From: Nitrospirota bacterium
GTDB lineage: Bacteria > Nitrospirota > UBA9217
DNA length: 64,000 nt
NCBI GenBank assembly: GCA_963754875.1
Contig: CAVWHO010000001.1
Coordinates: 14,879 to 78,878 of the forward strand
Reading direction: 5' to 3'
The notes below the pieces were generated by a model, which ran no database searches, was not told where the DNA came from, and saw nothing but the letters and a program-made list of their open reading frames with translations. Both the position numbers and the translations under genes were made by a program. This document shows, one piece after another, positions 19,463 through 27,430 of this stretch; the stretch's first letter is position 1, and each line of letters starts with the position of its first letter.

Positions 19463-20113
19463 ATGGTTTTAGACATCCAAAATCGAACCGAAAACTGGGG
19501 AACGGTTAATAAGCTCTATGGCCCCATCGCGCCTGAAGTCCTAGGATCAGTAATGAAGGCATTGGGGCAGCCACCGGGCACACTAGCGGATATCGAGCTC
19601 TTTTGGCGAGGGTATCGTGACCATTGCTACGATCAGGAAATTACGGCCCGTACGGTAAATTTCCCGTGCCTGCTCGACCGATTCCGGAGGTTATTTCCAA
19701 ACCTTAGGGCTAAAGTGAAAAGTTTTGCTGACACTAACAACGGCTCCATTCGACTTAATGATCCTTGTAACTATAGGGCAGAAGAACAAGACGGAACTGC
19801 CCTATTCGAAAATGTTCGAAACACGGAGTTCGACATAGTCATAGAAACAGAGAATGAGCTATTCATAGGTGAAGTAAAGCAGACACAGACATTTGGAGCG
19901 AAGGGTACTTTGGTCTTGCCTCACCAACTTTTAAGACAGTATGTGACCGCGTCCATTCTTTTAGATGAGCGTAGGGTATCAAAGCGAATAATACCGTTCG
20001 TTGTTGAAGAAAAAAATGGCGCGAATAAAAACGGACAAGTGCGACTCATGGAATATCTCGGCTATCTTCAACAAGGACATGTGTTCCAGTGGAAGCAACT
20101 AATTAAAACATGA
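19463..20113 (+). CDS. cassette ORF 2: PD-(D/E)xK nuclease-fold candidate
   Basis: The start is taken at MVLDIQN (ATG 19463), because the annotated upstream part of the ORF overlaps the IS end. It has the motif TEFDIVIETENELFIGEVK (D...E-x-K). Confidence 0.5.
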   Translation: MVLDIQNRTENWGTVNKLYGPIAPEVLGSVMKALGQPPGTLADIELFWRGYRDHCYDQEITARTVNFPCLLDRFRRLFPNLRAKVKSFADTNNGSIRLNDPCNYRAEEQDGTALFENVRNTEFDIVIETENELFIGEVKQTQTFGAKGTLVLPHQLLRQYVTASILLDERRVSKRIIPFVVEEKNGANKNGQVRLMEYLGYLQQGHVFQWKQLIKT

Positions 20114-20121
20114 TGTAAATT

Positions 20122-20175
20122 GTCTAACCAGCCCGTACCGCCGCGAGGAGCGCGCGGCTTACGCGTGAGTTGTAT
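20122..20175 (+). repeat. attC-like site 2 (GTCTAAC ... GTTGTAT)
   Basis: Perfect RYYYAAC box, central stem CCGcCGCG/CGCGCGG, and an R' box with one mismatch to GTTRRRY. Confidence 0.55.
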
Positions 20176-20281
20176 TTAAAATGACGGCCCAATGGAAGAG
20201 AAACAAATTGAGGCAAAACAGAATCAGATGGATCATTCCAGGCCTTACTGTCTCAGATGATATTTAACAATGGCAGACTGT

Positions 20282-21609
20282 CACTAGTGTCCCAACGTTA
20301 CAGCAATAGATTCAATTGGTTATCGCCGTCAATGGTATCGGTTTCGTAATTTGGTGAAGAAAGCACCTGCAAAATGGGCGTTTTCTCGAATGTGGTCACA
20401 CTCAAAATTTGTAGAATTGTGTAAAGGCTCCGATCCAGTTTCAATCGCTTCTTGACAATGGCCACGAGAACGTATACGGAAATGGCGATCCATATTTGGG
20501 TCTTCAGCGCGTTCTCGCTGGTGCCATAAAACGCTTTGATCCGCAGGTGCTGTTTGATCCACTTGAAGAAAAGCTCTACCTGCCAGCGGCATTTGTACAG
20601 TTTCGCGATCACGATTGCTGGCAGCGTGAAGTTGTTGGTCAGAAAAACGAATCGCTTCTTTGTTTCGACATCGAAGTATCGGATTCGCCTGAATTTCTCG
20701 GGATAGTCCAGCAGCGTGTAGAACCCGGTGACCATAATGATTTGGTCTGCACGTACTCCGGTTGACTTGTCTACTGGCCGGGAATAGAGGCGCTTGAAAA
20801 CGAAATTGCTCTTTGCGCGCGTTACGAAGAACGCGAGCGATTGATGAATCCCATAAAGCCGGGCGAAATCGACATATGCCTTGTCGAAAATATAGATGGC
20901 TCCAGGCTCGAAGACAAGATCGTCGAGCGCGTTGACATCGTGCATTTTGCCGTTGGTAATACTGATCACAACGGGGATGTTGCCCCGGAGATCCAACAGC
21001 GTATGAAGTTTTACCGCGGCTTTGGTTTTGCGAAACTTGGCCCAGGGAAATACCGAGAGACAGAGATCGATGGTCGTTGAATCGAAGGCGTAAACGGCTT
21101 GCTTCAATTCCAAACCGAAGTCTTCGTTTGTGTATAGTTCTCTGGCGATCTTGATCAGCACTTGGGCGAAATCGGCGTAGATTCTCCAGTCTCGGTTCTC
21201 GTTGGCATGGGCTAGATTGTTTCGTGAGACGGTGCTCCGGATGCCCATGTGATACAACTTCGGCTTCGCCACGCGAAGGCAGGCTTCTATGTCCCTGAGG
21301 CTTTCTCGATACGTAAGCTGGGCGAAGGCCATGCAAAGGAACTGATCCAGACAGGTAAACGTTTTCACCTTGTAGTTGCCGTTGTAACGATCGACACACA
21401 GGTGAAAGTGAAACGATGGAGCAAAATCCATGATTTGAGCAAAAACGGTTCTGCCAATGTTCACGATGAGCCATCTCCTTCCGCGGGTTAGCGGAATTAT
21501 GGCCTATCGGCAGAAATAATTTCAAATCGAAAAGTTGCGTTTGGGAAGAAACCGTCATGTTTTTCTATCTGTTAGGCGATGTTCTCAATTCAACGTTGGG
21601 ACACTAGTG
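20282..21609 (-). mobile_element. IS4-family insertion sequence with 9-bp target site duplication
   Basis: Perfect 18-bp IRs, cactagtgtcccaacgtt (20282-20299) and aacgttgggacactagtg (21592-21609). Direct repeat gcagactgt at 20273-20281 and 21610-21618. Confidence 0.9.
20298..21464 (-). CDS. IS4-family DDE transposase
   Basis: 388 aa. MNIGRTVFAQIMDFAPSFHFHLCVDRYNGNYKVKTFTCLDQFLCMAFAQLTYRESLRDIE is the typical DUF4372 plus DDE_Tnp_1 N-terminus. Confidence 0.85.
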   Translation of the reverse strand: MNIGRTVFAQIMDFAPSFHFHLCVDRYNGNYKVKTFTCLDQFLCMAFAQLTYRESLRDIEACLRVAKPKLYHMGIRSTVSRNNLAHANENRDWRIYADFAQVLIKIARELYTNEDFGLELKQAVYAFDSTTIDLCLSVFPWAKFRKTKAAVKLHTLLDLRGNIPVVISITNGKMHDVNALDDLVFEPGAIYIFDKAYVDFARLYGIHQSLAFFVTRAKSNFVFKRLYSRPVDKSTGVRADQIIMVTGFYTLLDYPEKFRRIRYFDVETKKRFVFLTNNFTLPAIVIAKLYKCRWQVELFFKWIKQHLRIKAFYGTSENALKTQIWIAISVYVLVAIVKKRLKLDRSLYTILQILSVTTFEKTPILQVLSSPNYETDTIDGDNQLNLLL

Positions 21610-21618
21610 GCAGACTGT

Positions 21619-21996
21619 ATGAATAAATTAAATTTTCATCGAATAGTGAAATGGTTTTTAGTCGTCAATGTGGCGTTTACCCTGATTTCAAAAGCACGAA
21701 TGTTAGGTATTTATTTTTCTTGGCGTTCTGATGTGTACAGCTACGCTATGGTATCGTTATTTTTCTTAGGTTGCCTTGGCAGCATAGTTGGTTTGTCACT
21801 CAATAAGTTCTGGGGTTTTATTTGTTTTTATGTCTTAATTCCGTTTGCAATATATTATCTCGGCATCTCCATAACTCCACTTGATAGGTTTTTCCCGTAC
21901 CCTTCAAAAATAACAGCAATCTATTTATTAAACGCAGTTCTCATTGCCTTCGCCAGTTGGCTTCAGATCGCACAGTGGAGAATAAAGAAAGCGTAA
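21619..21996 (+). CDS. cassette ORF 3: four-TM membrane protein
   Basis: ATG 21619 (MNKLNFHRIVKW...) lies immediately after the right-hand target duplication of the IS4 element. Followed 1 nt later by attC-like site 3. Confidence 0.5.
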   Translation: MNKLNFHRIVKWFLVVNVAFTLISKARMLGIYFSWRSDVYSYAMVSLFFLGCLGSIVGLSLNKFWGFICFYVLIPFAIYYLGISITPLDRFFPYPSKITAIYLLNAVLIAFASWLQIAQWRIKKA

Positions 21997-21997
21997 A

Positions 21998-22056
21998 TAA
22001 CAACATGCGGCTCGACTGCGACGCGCCAACGGCGGCGCGTCAGCCGCGCGTTGGGC
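21998..22056 (+). repeat. attC-like site 3 (taACAAC ... GTTGGGC)
   Basis: 59 bp. Stems GCGGCT/AGCCGC and GACGCGCC/GGCGCGTC with a bulged cgactgc on the 5' arm. Perfect GTTRRRY box. Confidence 0.6.
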
Positions 22057-22126
22057 GGTAGCGAAATCTCGGCGTGGCCATCGTGTGCAGAACGCTCGCT
22101 CGACTGCAGGCAGAGGAAAATAACGA

Positions 22127-22684
22127 ATGACGAATGACGATCGCACCAAGGTAATTCCGAGGAGAACGCCGGAATCAGCGGCCATGTTGGCAAGCGTCAA
22201 ACGAGCTATGGCGATCACCGCTAATCTCAACCGTTTGACGTTCAACGATGCGGATGAAGTCCGAGCCTTGTTCAGCGATCTCATCGGCAAGAAGGTGGAC
22301 GACAGCTTTTTATTAATCCCACCATTCTACACAACCGGCGGGGTCGATATCAGTGTCGGGCGCAATGTTTTCGTCAATCAGAACTGCACTTTTTATGACC
22401 TTGGCGGGCTCGATATTGCCGACGATGTGATGATCGGGCCGAACGTAAGCATCATCACGTCTGGCCATCCCATCGAACCTTCTCAGCGGCGTGCCTTGGT
22501 AGTCGCAAAGCCCATCGTGATTGAAAGAAACGTATGGATTGCAGCCGGCGTAACTATCATCGGTGGCGTAACAGTGGGCGAGAACTCGGTCGTTGCAGCC
22601 GGCTCAGTCGTCACCAAGGATGTCCCTCCAAATACGCTCGTCGGGGGAAATCCGGCGAAAGTCATTCGCTCGATTGGAGACTGA
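22127..22684 (+). CDS. cassette ORF 4: hexapeptide-repeat sugar/xenobiotic O-acetyltransferase (Maa/LacA family)
   Basis: 185 aa with a left-handed beta-helix repeat region (IGPNVSIITSGHP, VWIAAGVTIIGGVTVGENSVVAAGSVV, VGGNPAKVI). Confidence 0.85.
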   Translation: MTNDDRTKVIPRRTPESAAMLASVKRAMAITANLNRLTFNDADEVRALFSDLIGKKVDDSFLLIPPFYTTGGVDISVGRNVFVNQNCTFYDLGGLDIADDVMIGPNVSIITSGHPIEPSQRRALVVAKPIVIERNVWIAAGVTIIGGVTVGENSVVAAGSVVTKDVPPNTLVGGNPAKVIRSIGD

Positions 22685-22696
22685 GGAAATGGGGCC

Positions 22697-22756
22697 GCCC
22701 AACAATTCGCTGCAGCCGACCGCCTACTCGCTGGCGCTCGCAGCCGGCGGTTGAGC
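22697..22756 (+). repeat. attC-like site 4 (GCCCAAC ... GTTGAGC)
   Basis: 60 bp. Both end boxes fit RYYYAAC and GTTRRRY exactly. Inner stem GCTGCAGC/GCTcGCAGC has one extrahelical base. Confidence 0.7.
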
Positions 22757-22800
22757 TTAAGCGTTATGCAAAAAATAATTAAAAAAAAAGGATAAGGAAA

Positions 22801-23605
22801 ATGACACAGATTAAAACTCCTTTGGACGTATACAAGTTACTCCCAAAATCTAATTGTAAGCAATGCTCACTTCCGTCATGTTTGGCTTTTTCTGCAGCCG
22901 TATTAAGCGGTGAAAAGCAACTTGCGGATTGCCCGCATATCGCCGGTAGTATCGTCGGTGAGACAAATAAAATAGATATACATAAATCTACACTTCAAAA
23001 AAGAGAGGAAGCCGCCGACTCAGCTCAGAAGTCAAATCCCTTCGATAGATTTACTTACATCTGCTCAGAAGCTCGGCGCTAAAATTATTGGTGAAAAATT
23101 AGCCATTAAATGTCTCGGCAAAGATTTCTTTATAGATTCAACGGGGAATATTACATCTGAATGCCACACTCACGCCTGGATAACGCTCTTATTACTTGAT
23201 CATATTATAAGCAGTAAGGGTGATAATCCGTCCGGCCAATGGATTCCATTCAGAGAATTAAAGAAAGGAGCGGAGCGGAATCCTCTTTTTGAGCAACTGT
23301 GCGAAAAACCTCTCAAAGAGATGGCCGACACCCATACGGCTCTTTTTGAAGATCTCATTTATATTTTTAGCGGAGATAGATCGACAAATATGTTTTCATC
23401 AGATATATCACTAGTTTTGTATCCATTACCCAAAGTACCTATCTTAATTTGCTACTGGAAAGCAGAAGGCGCAATGGAAGCATCCCTTCACATCTTCTTC
23501 GATTCAACAGTTGGGAATCATTTAAATCTTCAGGCAATCTTTGATCTCGGCGTTGGTTTGTCAATGATGTTCGAGAAGGTGGTTTTTAAGCACAAACGTA
23601 ATTGA
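22801..23605 (+). pseudogene. cassette ORF 5: Fe-S-binding (CdhE/RnfB-type N-terminal Cys motif) plus DUF3786 protein, one +1 frame break near 23000-23040
   Basis: LLPKSNCKQCSLPSCLAFSAAV...CPHI is in frame 1. The DUF3786-like body (LAIKCLGKDFFIDSTG...ILICYWKAEGAMEASLHIFFDS) continues in frame 2. Confidence 0.65.
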
Positions 23606-23629
23606 AATGCGAAATAGAACAAAAAGTGC

Positions 23630-23660
23630 GTAGGTCGGGTAGAGCGCAGCGAAACCCGAC
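23630..23660 (+). repeat. REP hairpin 1 (GTAG + gtcgggt...acccgac)
   Basis: gtaggtcgggtagagcgcagcgaaacccgac. Its reverse complement recurs at 24246-24276. Confidence 0.8.
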
Positions 23661-23694
23661 ACAATGCCAATGATTGCTCAACACAAGAGGAATC

Positions 23695-24237
23695 ATGCAA
23701 TACAAAAGATCAATAGCGAAGGGAGCAACATTCTTCTTTACGATTGTGACGCACGAACGACGTAAAATCCTGTGTCATGAATCAAATGTAGCTTTATTGG
23801 GAGAAGCTTTCCAAACTGTCAAGGTGCGTCACCCGTTTACCATTGATGCTTTTGTGTTGATGCCCGATCATCTGCACTGCATATGGACCTTGCCGGAAAA
23901 TGACAGCAACTTCTCAATGCGCTGGCGCCAGATCAAGAGCCATTTCAGCAGGAAATGCCGGGATGAATTTAAGGGGCGTCAAACGGCAGCCCATCTCGGT
24001 AAAGGTGAACAAGCGATCTGGCAAAGGCGTTACTGGGAACATCAGATTCGAGATGATGGTGATTTTATCAATCACGTTGAATACATTCATTACAATCCTG
24101 TAAAACACGGGTTAACAAAATCACCTAAACTTTGGCCGCATTCGTCCTTCTATCGCTTTGTGAAACAGGGGATTTACCATAACGATTGGGGTGCGGACGC
24201 CGAGATTGTATTCAAACGTCATGTAGGGAATGAATAA
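23695..24237 (+). CDS. REP-associated tyrosine transposase (RAYT, IS200/IS605-like Y1 transposase)
   Basis: HUH motif PDHLHCIW and catalytic Tyr region VEYIHYNPVKHGL. Flanked by inverted REP copies. Confidence 0.85.
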   Translation: MQYKRSIAKGATFFFTIVTHERRKILCHESNVALLGEAFQTVKVRHPFTIDAFVLMPDHLHCIWTLPENDSNFSMRWRQIKSHFSRKCRDEFKGRQTAAHLGKGEQAIWQRRYWEHQIRDDGDFINHVEYIHYNPVKHGLTKSPKLWPHSSFYRFVKQGIYHNDWGADAEIVFKRHVGNE

Positions 24238-24245
24238 ATGAAGAT

Positions 24246-24276
24246 GTCGGGTTTCGCTGCGCTCTACCCGACCTAC
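24246..24276 (-). repeat. REP hairpin 2 (inverted copy)
   Basis: gtcgggtttcgctgcgctctacccgacctac is the exact reverse complement of REP 1. Confidence 0.8.
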
Positions 24277-24304
24277 CGACTGAAAAGGAAGGCATAAATA
24301 TCCT

Positions 24305-24724
24305 ATGAATCCATCGAAACGTATTGACCAACTGATCACAGAACTCACAGACTGGCGTGGCAAAACGTTCGCCAGCATCCGCAAGAGCATCCTCGAGGCC
24401 GACCGGGAGATAATCGAGGAATGGAAGTGGATGGGAAGCCCAGTGTGGTCTCACGACGGAATAATCGCGGTCGCCAACGCCCACAAAGAGAAGGTGAAGC
24501 TTACCTTTGCCCGCGGGGCGAGCCTCCCAGATCCTGACAAGCTCTTCAACGCGGGCCTCGAAGGCAACGCGAGACGAGCGATCGATTTTTACGAGGGCGA
24601 TAAGATTAATGAGCGTGCTCTAAAAAATCTCGTCCGTGCCGCTGTTGATTACAATCGTGCCAAATTGAAGAAGAAAGCGCCTGCGGGTACTCGAGCGAAA
24701 GTTCACAAAAGTAAAAAGACATGA
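24305..24724 (+). CDS. DUF1801 (YdhG-like) domain protein
   Basis: 139 aa. WRGKTFASIRKSILEADREIIEEWKWMGSPVWSHDGIIAV...KLTFARG is the typical DUF1801 pattern. Confidence 0.7.
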   Translation: MNPSKRIDQLITELTDWRGKTFASIRKSILEADREIIEEWKWMGSPVWSHDGIIAVANAHKEKVKLTFARGASLPDPDKLFNAGLEGNARRAIDFYEGDKINERALKNLVRAAVDYNRAKLKKKAPAGTRAKVHKSKKT

Positions 24725-24729
24725 AGTTA

Positions 24730-24839
24730 GTAGGTCGGGTAGAACGTTTTTTGTGAAACCCGACGCTTGCATGCTTGAATATTTACAACAGTAAGGAACA
24801 GAAACAATGTCGGGTTTCGCTCTGCTCTACCCGACCTAC
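24730..24839. repeat. REP 3 (+, 24730-24764) and REP 4 (-, 24809-24839) forming an inverted doublet (REPIN-like)
   Basis: Both have the same GTAG-gtcgggt...acccgac architecture. REP 3 has a variant loop. The two are separated by a 44-nt spacer. Confidence 0.75.
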
Positions 24840-24881
24840 CGAATTTCTAAGCTCCCATCCTGTTTCGAAAAAAGGGCTCTC

Positions 24882-27269
24882 ATGAAACGAAGAAAACTAA
24901 GCAGCACTCCCTCGGCAAGAGGAAAAGCTTTTCAGATCGTTATCCTCTCGTTTCTTCTGTCATTTCTGACAAGCAGTTTTACTTTTGCGGAAGAGCCTCC
25001 CGCGTTGTTGTCCGCGCCGGTTCCTACTCCTGCTCAGATTCAAGCTCCTGTTGAACTGCCAACAGTAAAAATCGAAGGCACGCTTTGGGAGCGGGGGACG
25101 AAGAAGCCGCTGTCCCAGGTCAATATCTACTGCTTTCCCGAATCAAGTCCGGAAAAGCCGATCAAGATCGTGACCAACAAAACCGGAAAATTTTCAGCCG
25201 AAATTCCTGAAGGTAAATTCCGTTGGGTCATCTCGGTCTCCGGGTACCAGCGGCTGGAACAGAATGATGAACAGCTCTTGGGAAGGGATAACAAGGCCCG
25301 GACATTCTACCTGGAAAAAGTATCCTACCTCACCTACGAAACCACGGTGTACGGCCGGACCGAGAAGCGGGATGACAAAACCGAATCGCTCAGCCAGGCC
25401 CAGTTCCTCACGGTCCCGGGAGCGAACGGCGACCCGGTAAAGGCGGTCCAGAACCTGCCCGGAGTGAATCGCACGTCGGCGTTCAGTTCCCAGATCATCA
25501 TCGAAGGGTCTTCCCCGAACGATACGCGATACAATATCGACAACCAGCCTGTGCCGATCATTTTTCATTTCGGCGGGCTTTCGTCGGTGGTCATGCCCGA
25601 AGCAGTGGATCATGTTGACTATCTTTCCGCGGGGTTCGGTCCCGAGTTCGGCCAGACCATTGCCGGCCTCGTGAATCTCACGGTAAAAGACCCGCAGACA
25701 GACCGGGACCACGGCTTCGTGTATGCGGATTTCATGAATGCCGGCGGGATGATCGAGGGGCCCCTGAACGATCACTCTTCCTATCTCGTCGGCGTGCGGC
25801 AAAGCTACATCGGTGCGGTCTTGGGCGTCGTTGCCCGGAGCAGCAAAGACAATAAGAACTTCGAGCTCACCGCGGCCCCGGACTTCAAGGACACGGTCCT
25901 GGAATATAAAAACCAGGTGAGCTCGAAGGATACCTTCAAGGTCGTCGGAGTGGGCTCACAGGACACCTTTGCCTTTCTTTTGAAGCAGCCGGCGGATCAA
26001 GACCCAAGCATTCGCGGCAATTTCAATCTTCGCACGGATTTTTTCCGCATCATTCCCGAATGGACCCACCAGTACAGCCCCGACGTTACGGGCCGCATCA
26101 GCCTGGGCACGGGAAAGGACACGACGGTCTTCGACCTGGGAGACTTCTATGCCCGCTCCGAGCAATTGGTCCTGACCGGGAGAGCCGAGCTCGAAGACCA
26201 GATCAACTCCACCTGGAAGAGCTACTGGGGCGCGGATATCCAGAAATACTGGCTGGACTATACGTACCAGCTTCCCGTCGTGTACAACCAGGGAGGGGTC
26301 TCCAATCCCATCGGCTCCGGCACGCTCACCAACGTTGCCCGCCGCTATGCGCCTGAAGCCGACGGGCTTTACTGGAGAAACGTGATTCACCCACCCGATT
26401 CGCGCTGGACCTTTCTTCCCGGCGTCCGCTACAGCTATTTCAATATGACGAAAGAATCTATCGTCGAGCCGCGCATCGGTGCGCGGTATGCCCTGGACCA
26501 CGGCTGGACGCTCCGCGCTGCCGGCGGTCTCTACAATGAAGCGCCTCCCACCGGGGACCTCGACGCGACCTATGGGAATCCCGGGTTGAAATCGCAGAGA
26601 GCGGTGCACGGCAGCGCAGGCTTTGAAAAGGACTTCCGGGACGGATCGGCCACGGGCTGGACGATCACGAACGATTTCTTTTATAAATATCTCTACGATC
26701 TCGTTGCCAGTTCCACGGCATTTTTGAGTCCGTCGCGGCCTGAGTATTACAACAATTCGGGATTCGGCCATATCTACGGCCTGGAGTTCCTGGGCAAGTT
26801 CCGGTCCCTGACCTGGGAAGGCTGGGTCTCCTATACCTATTCGCGCAGCACGAGAGGGGACAACCTGACGCCGGAGACGCTCGCTCAATACGATCAGACC
26901 CATCTGCTCACCCTGGTCGCGGACAAGGAGCTCGGCAAGAACTGGAAGATATCCACCCGCATCCGCTACGCGACAGGCAATCTATATACGCCCGTTGTGG
27001 GCAGCGTCTTCGACGTGGACAACGACGTTTACACCCCGATACGCGGCGATATCTACTCGCAGCGCATGGGCGACTTTTTCCAGGCGGACGTACGGTTCGA
27101 CAAGAAATGGGTCTACGACAAATGGATCCTCACGGGCTACCTCGACATCGAGAACGTAACGAACCGGCAGAACCCGCAGCAGATCAACTATTCGTACAAC
27201 TACCAGCAGTCGGCGACGGTCACGGGACTGCCGCTCTTCCCAACCCTGGGGGTGAAGGCGGAGTTTTGA
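24882..27269 (+). CDS. TonB-dependent outer-membrane receptor with N-terminal carboxypeptidase-regulatory-like domain
   Basis: The start is taken at MKRRKLSS (ATG 24882), because the upstream part of the ORF is REP sequence. It has a plug region (GDPVKAVQNLPGVN) and a terminal beta-strand ending in F. Confidence 0.85.
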   Translation: MKRRKLSSTPSARGKAFQIVILSFLLSFLTSSFTFAEEPPALLSAPVPTPAQIQAPVELPTVKIEGTLWERGTKKPLSQVNIYCFPESSPEKPIKIVTNKTGKFSAEIPEGKFRWVISVSGYQRLEQNDEQLLGRDNKARTFYLEKVSYLTYETTVYGRTEKRDDKTESLSQAQFLTVPGANGDPVKAVQNLPGVNRTSAFSSQIIIEGSSPNDTRYNIDNQPVPIIFHFGGLSSVVMPEAVDHVDYLSAGFGPEFGQTIAGLVNLTVKDPQTDRDHGFVYADFMNAGGMIEGPLNDHSSYLVGVRQSYIGAVLGVVARSSKDNKNFELTAAPDFKDTVLEYKNQVSSKDTFKVVGVGSQDTFAFLLKQPADQDPSIRGNFNLRTDFFRIIPEWTHQYSPDVTGRISLGTGKDTTVFDLGDFYARSEQLVLTGRAELEDQINSTWKSYWGADIQKYWLDYTYQLPVVYNQGGVSNPIGSGTLTNVARRYAPEADGLYWRNVIHPPDSRWTFLPGVRYSYFNMTKESIVEPRIGARYALDHGWTLRAAGGLYNEAPPTGDLDATYGNPGLKSQRAVHGSAGFEKDFRDGSATGWTITNDFFYKYLYDLVASSTAFLSPSRPEYYNNSGFGHIYGLEFLGKFRSLTWEGWVSYTYSRSTRGDNLTPETLAQYDQTHLLTLVADKELGKNWKISTRIRYATGNLYTPVVGSVFDVDNDVYTPIRGDIYSQRMGDFFQADVRFDKKWVYDKWILTGYLDIENVTNRQNPQQINYSYNYQQSATVTGLPLFPTLGVKAEF

Positions 27270-27430
27270 TAAAGGGAAGTGCCGAAAAAGAAATCAAAGA
27301 AGCATCCAAGCAATCCACAGTGGACACAGAAGAAATGTGAGCAAGTACGCATAAGATATTTTAAGACGGTCCTCTGCGAACTCTGTGGTAGGATTTTGAA
27401 TATTACGTTAATGCAGTCAGGAGAACCGAC

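Larger units (their letters stand above)
17144..23605 (+). mobile_element. integron-type gene-cassette array without visible integrase (CALIN-like), carrying two IS insertions
   Basis: Five co-oriented short unrelated ORFs. Four are each followed within 1-12 nt by a 54-60 bp attC-like palindrome with RYYYAAC-like and GTTRRRY-like end boxes. Confidence 0.65.

Noticed and set aside
20329-21558. 409-aa ORF overlapping the IS4 transposase in another frame
   Set aside because: It is extremely Arg/Ser/Gln-rich, extends beyond what fits the IS promoter region, and has no DDE features. The 388-aa frame carries the recognisable transposase.
23606-23694. Looked for a fifth attC after cassette ORF 5 (atagaac ... 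gctcaac)
   Set aside because: There is no GTTRRRY core and no R/L-box palindrome. The only hairpin here is the GTAG-REP element, which has a different architecture.
25956-26903. 315-aa minus-strand ORF
   Set aside because: It is antisense to the TonB-dependent receptor and is a shadow ORF.
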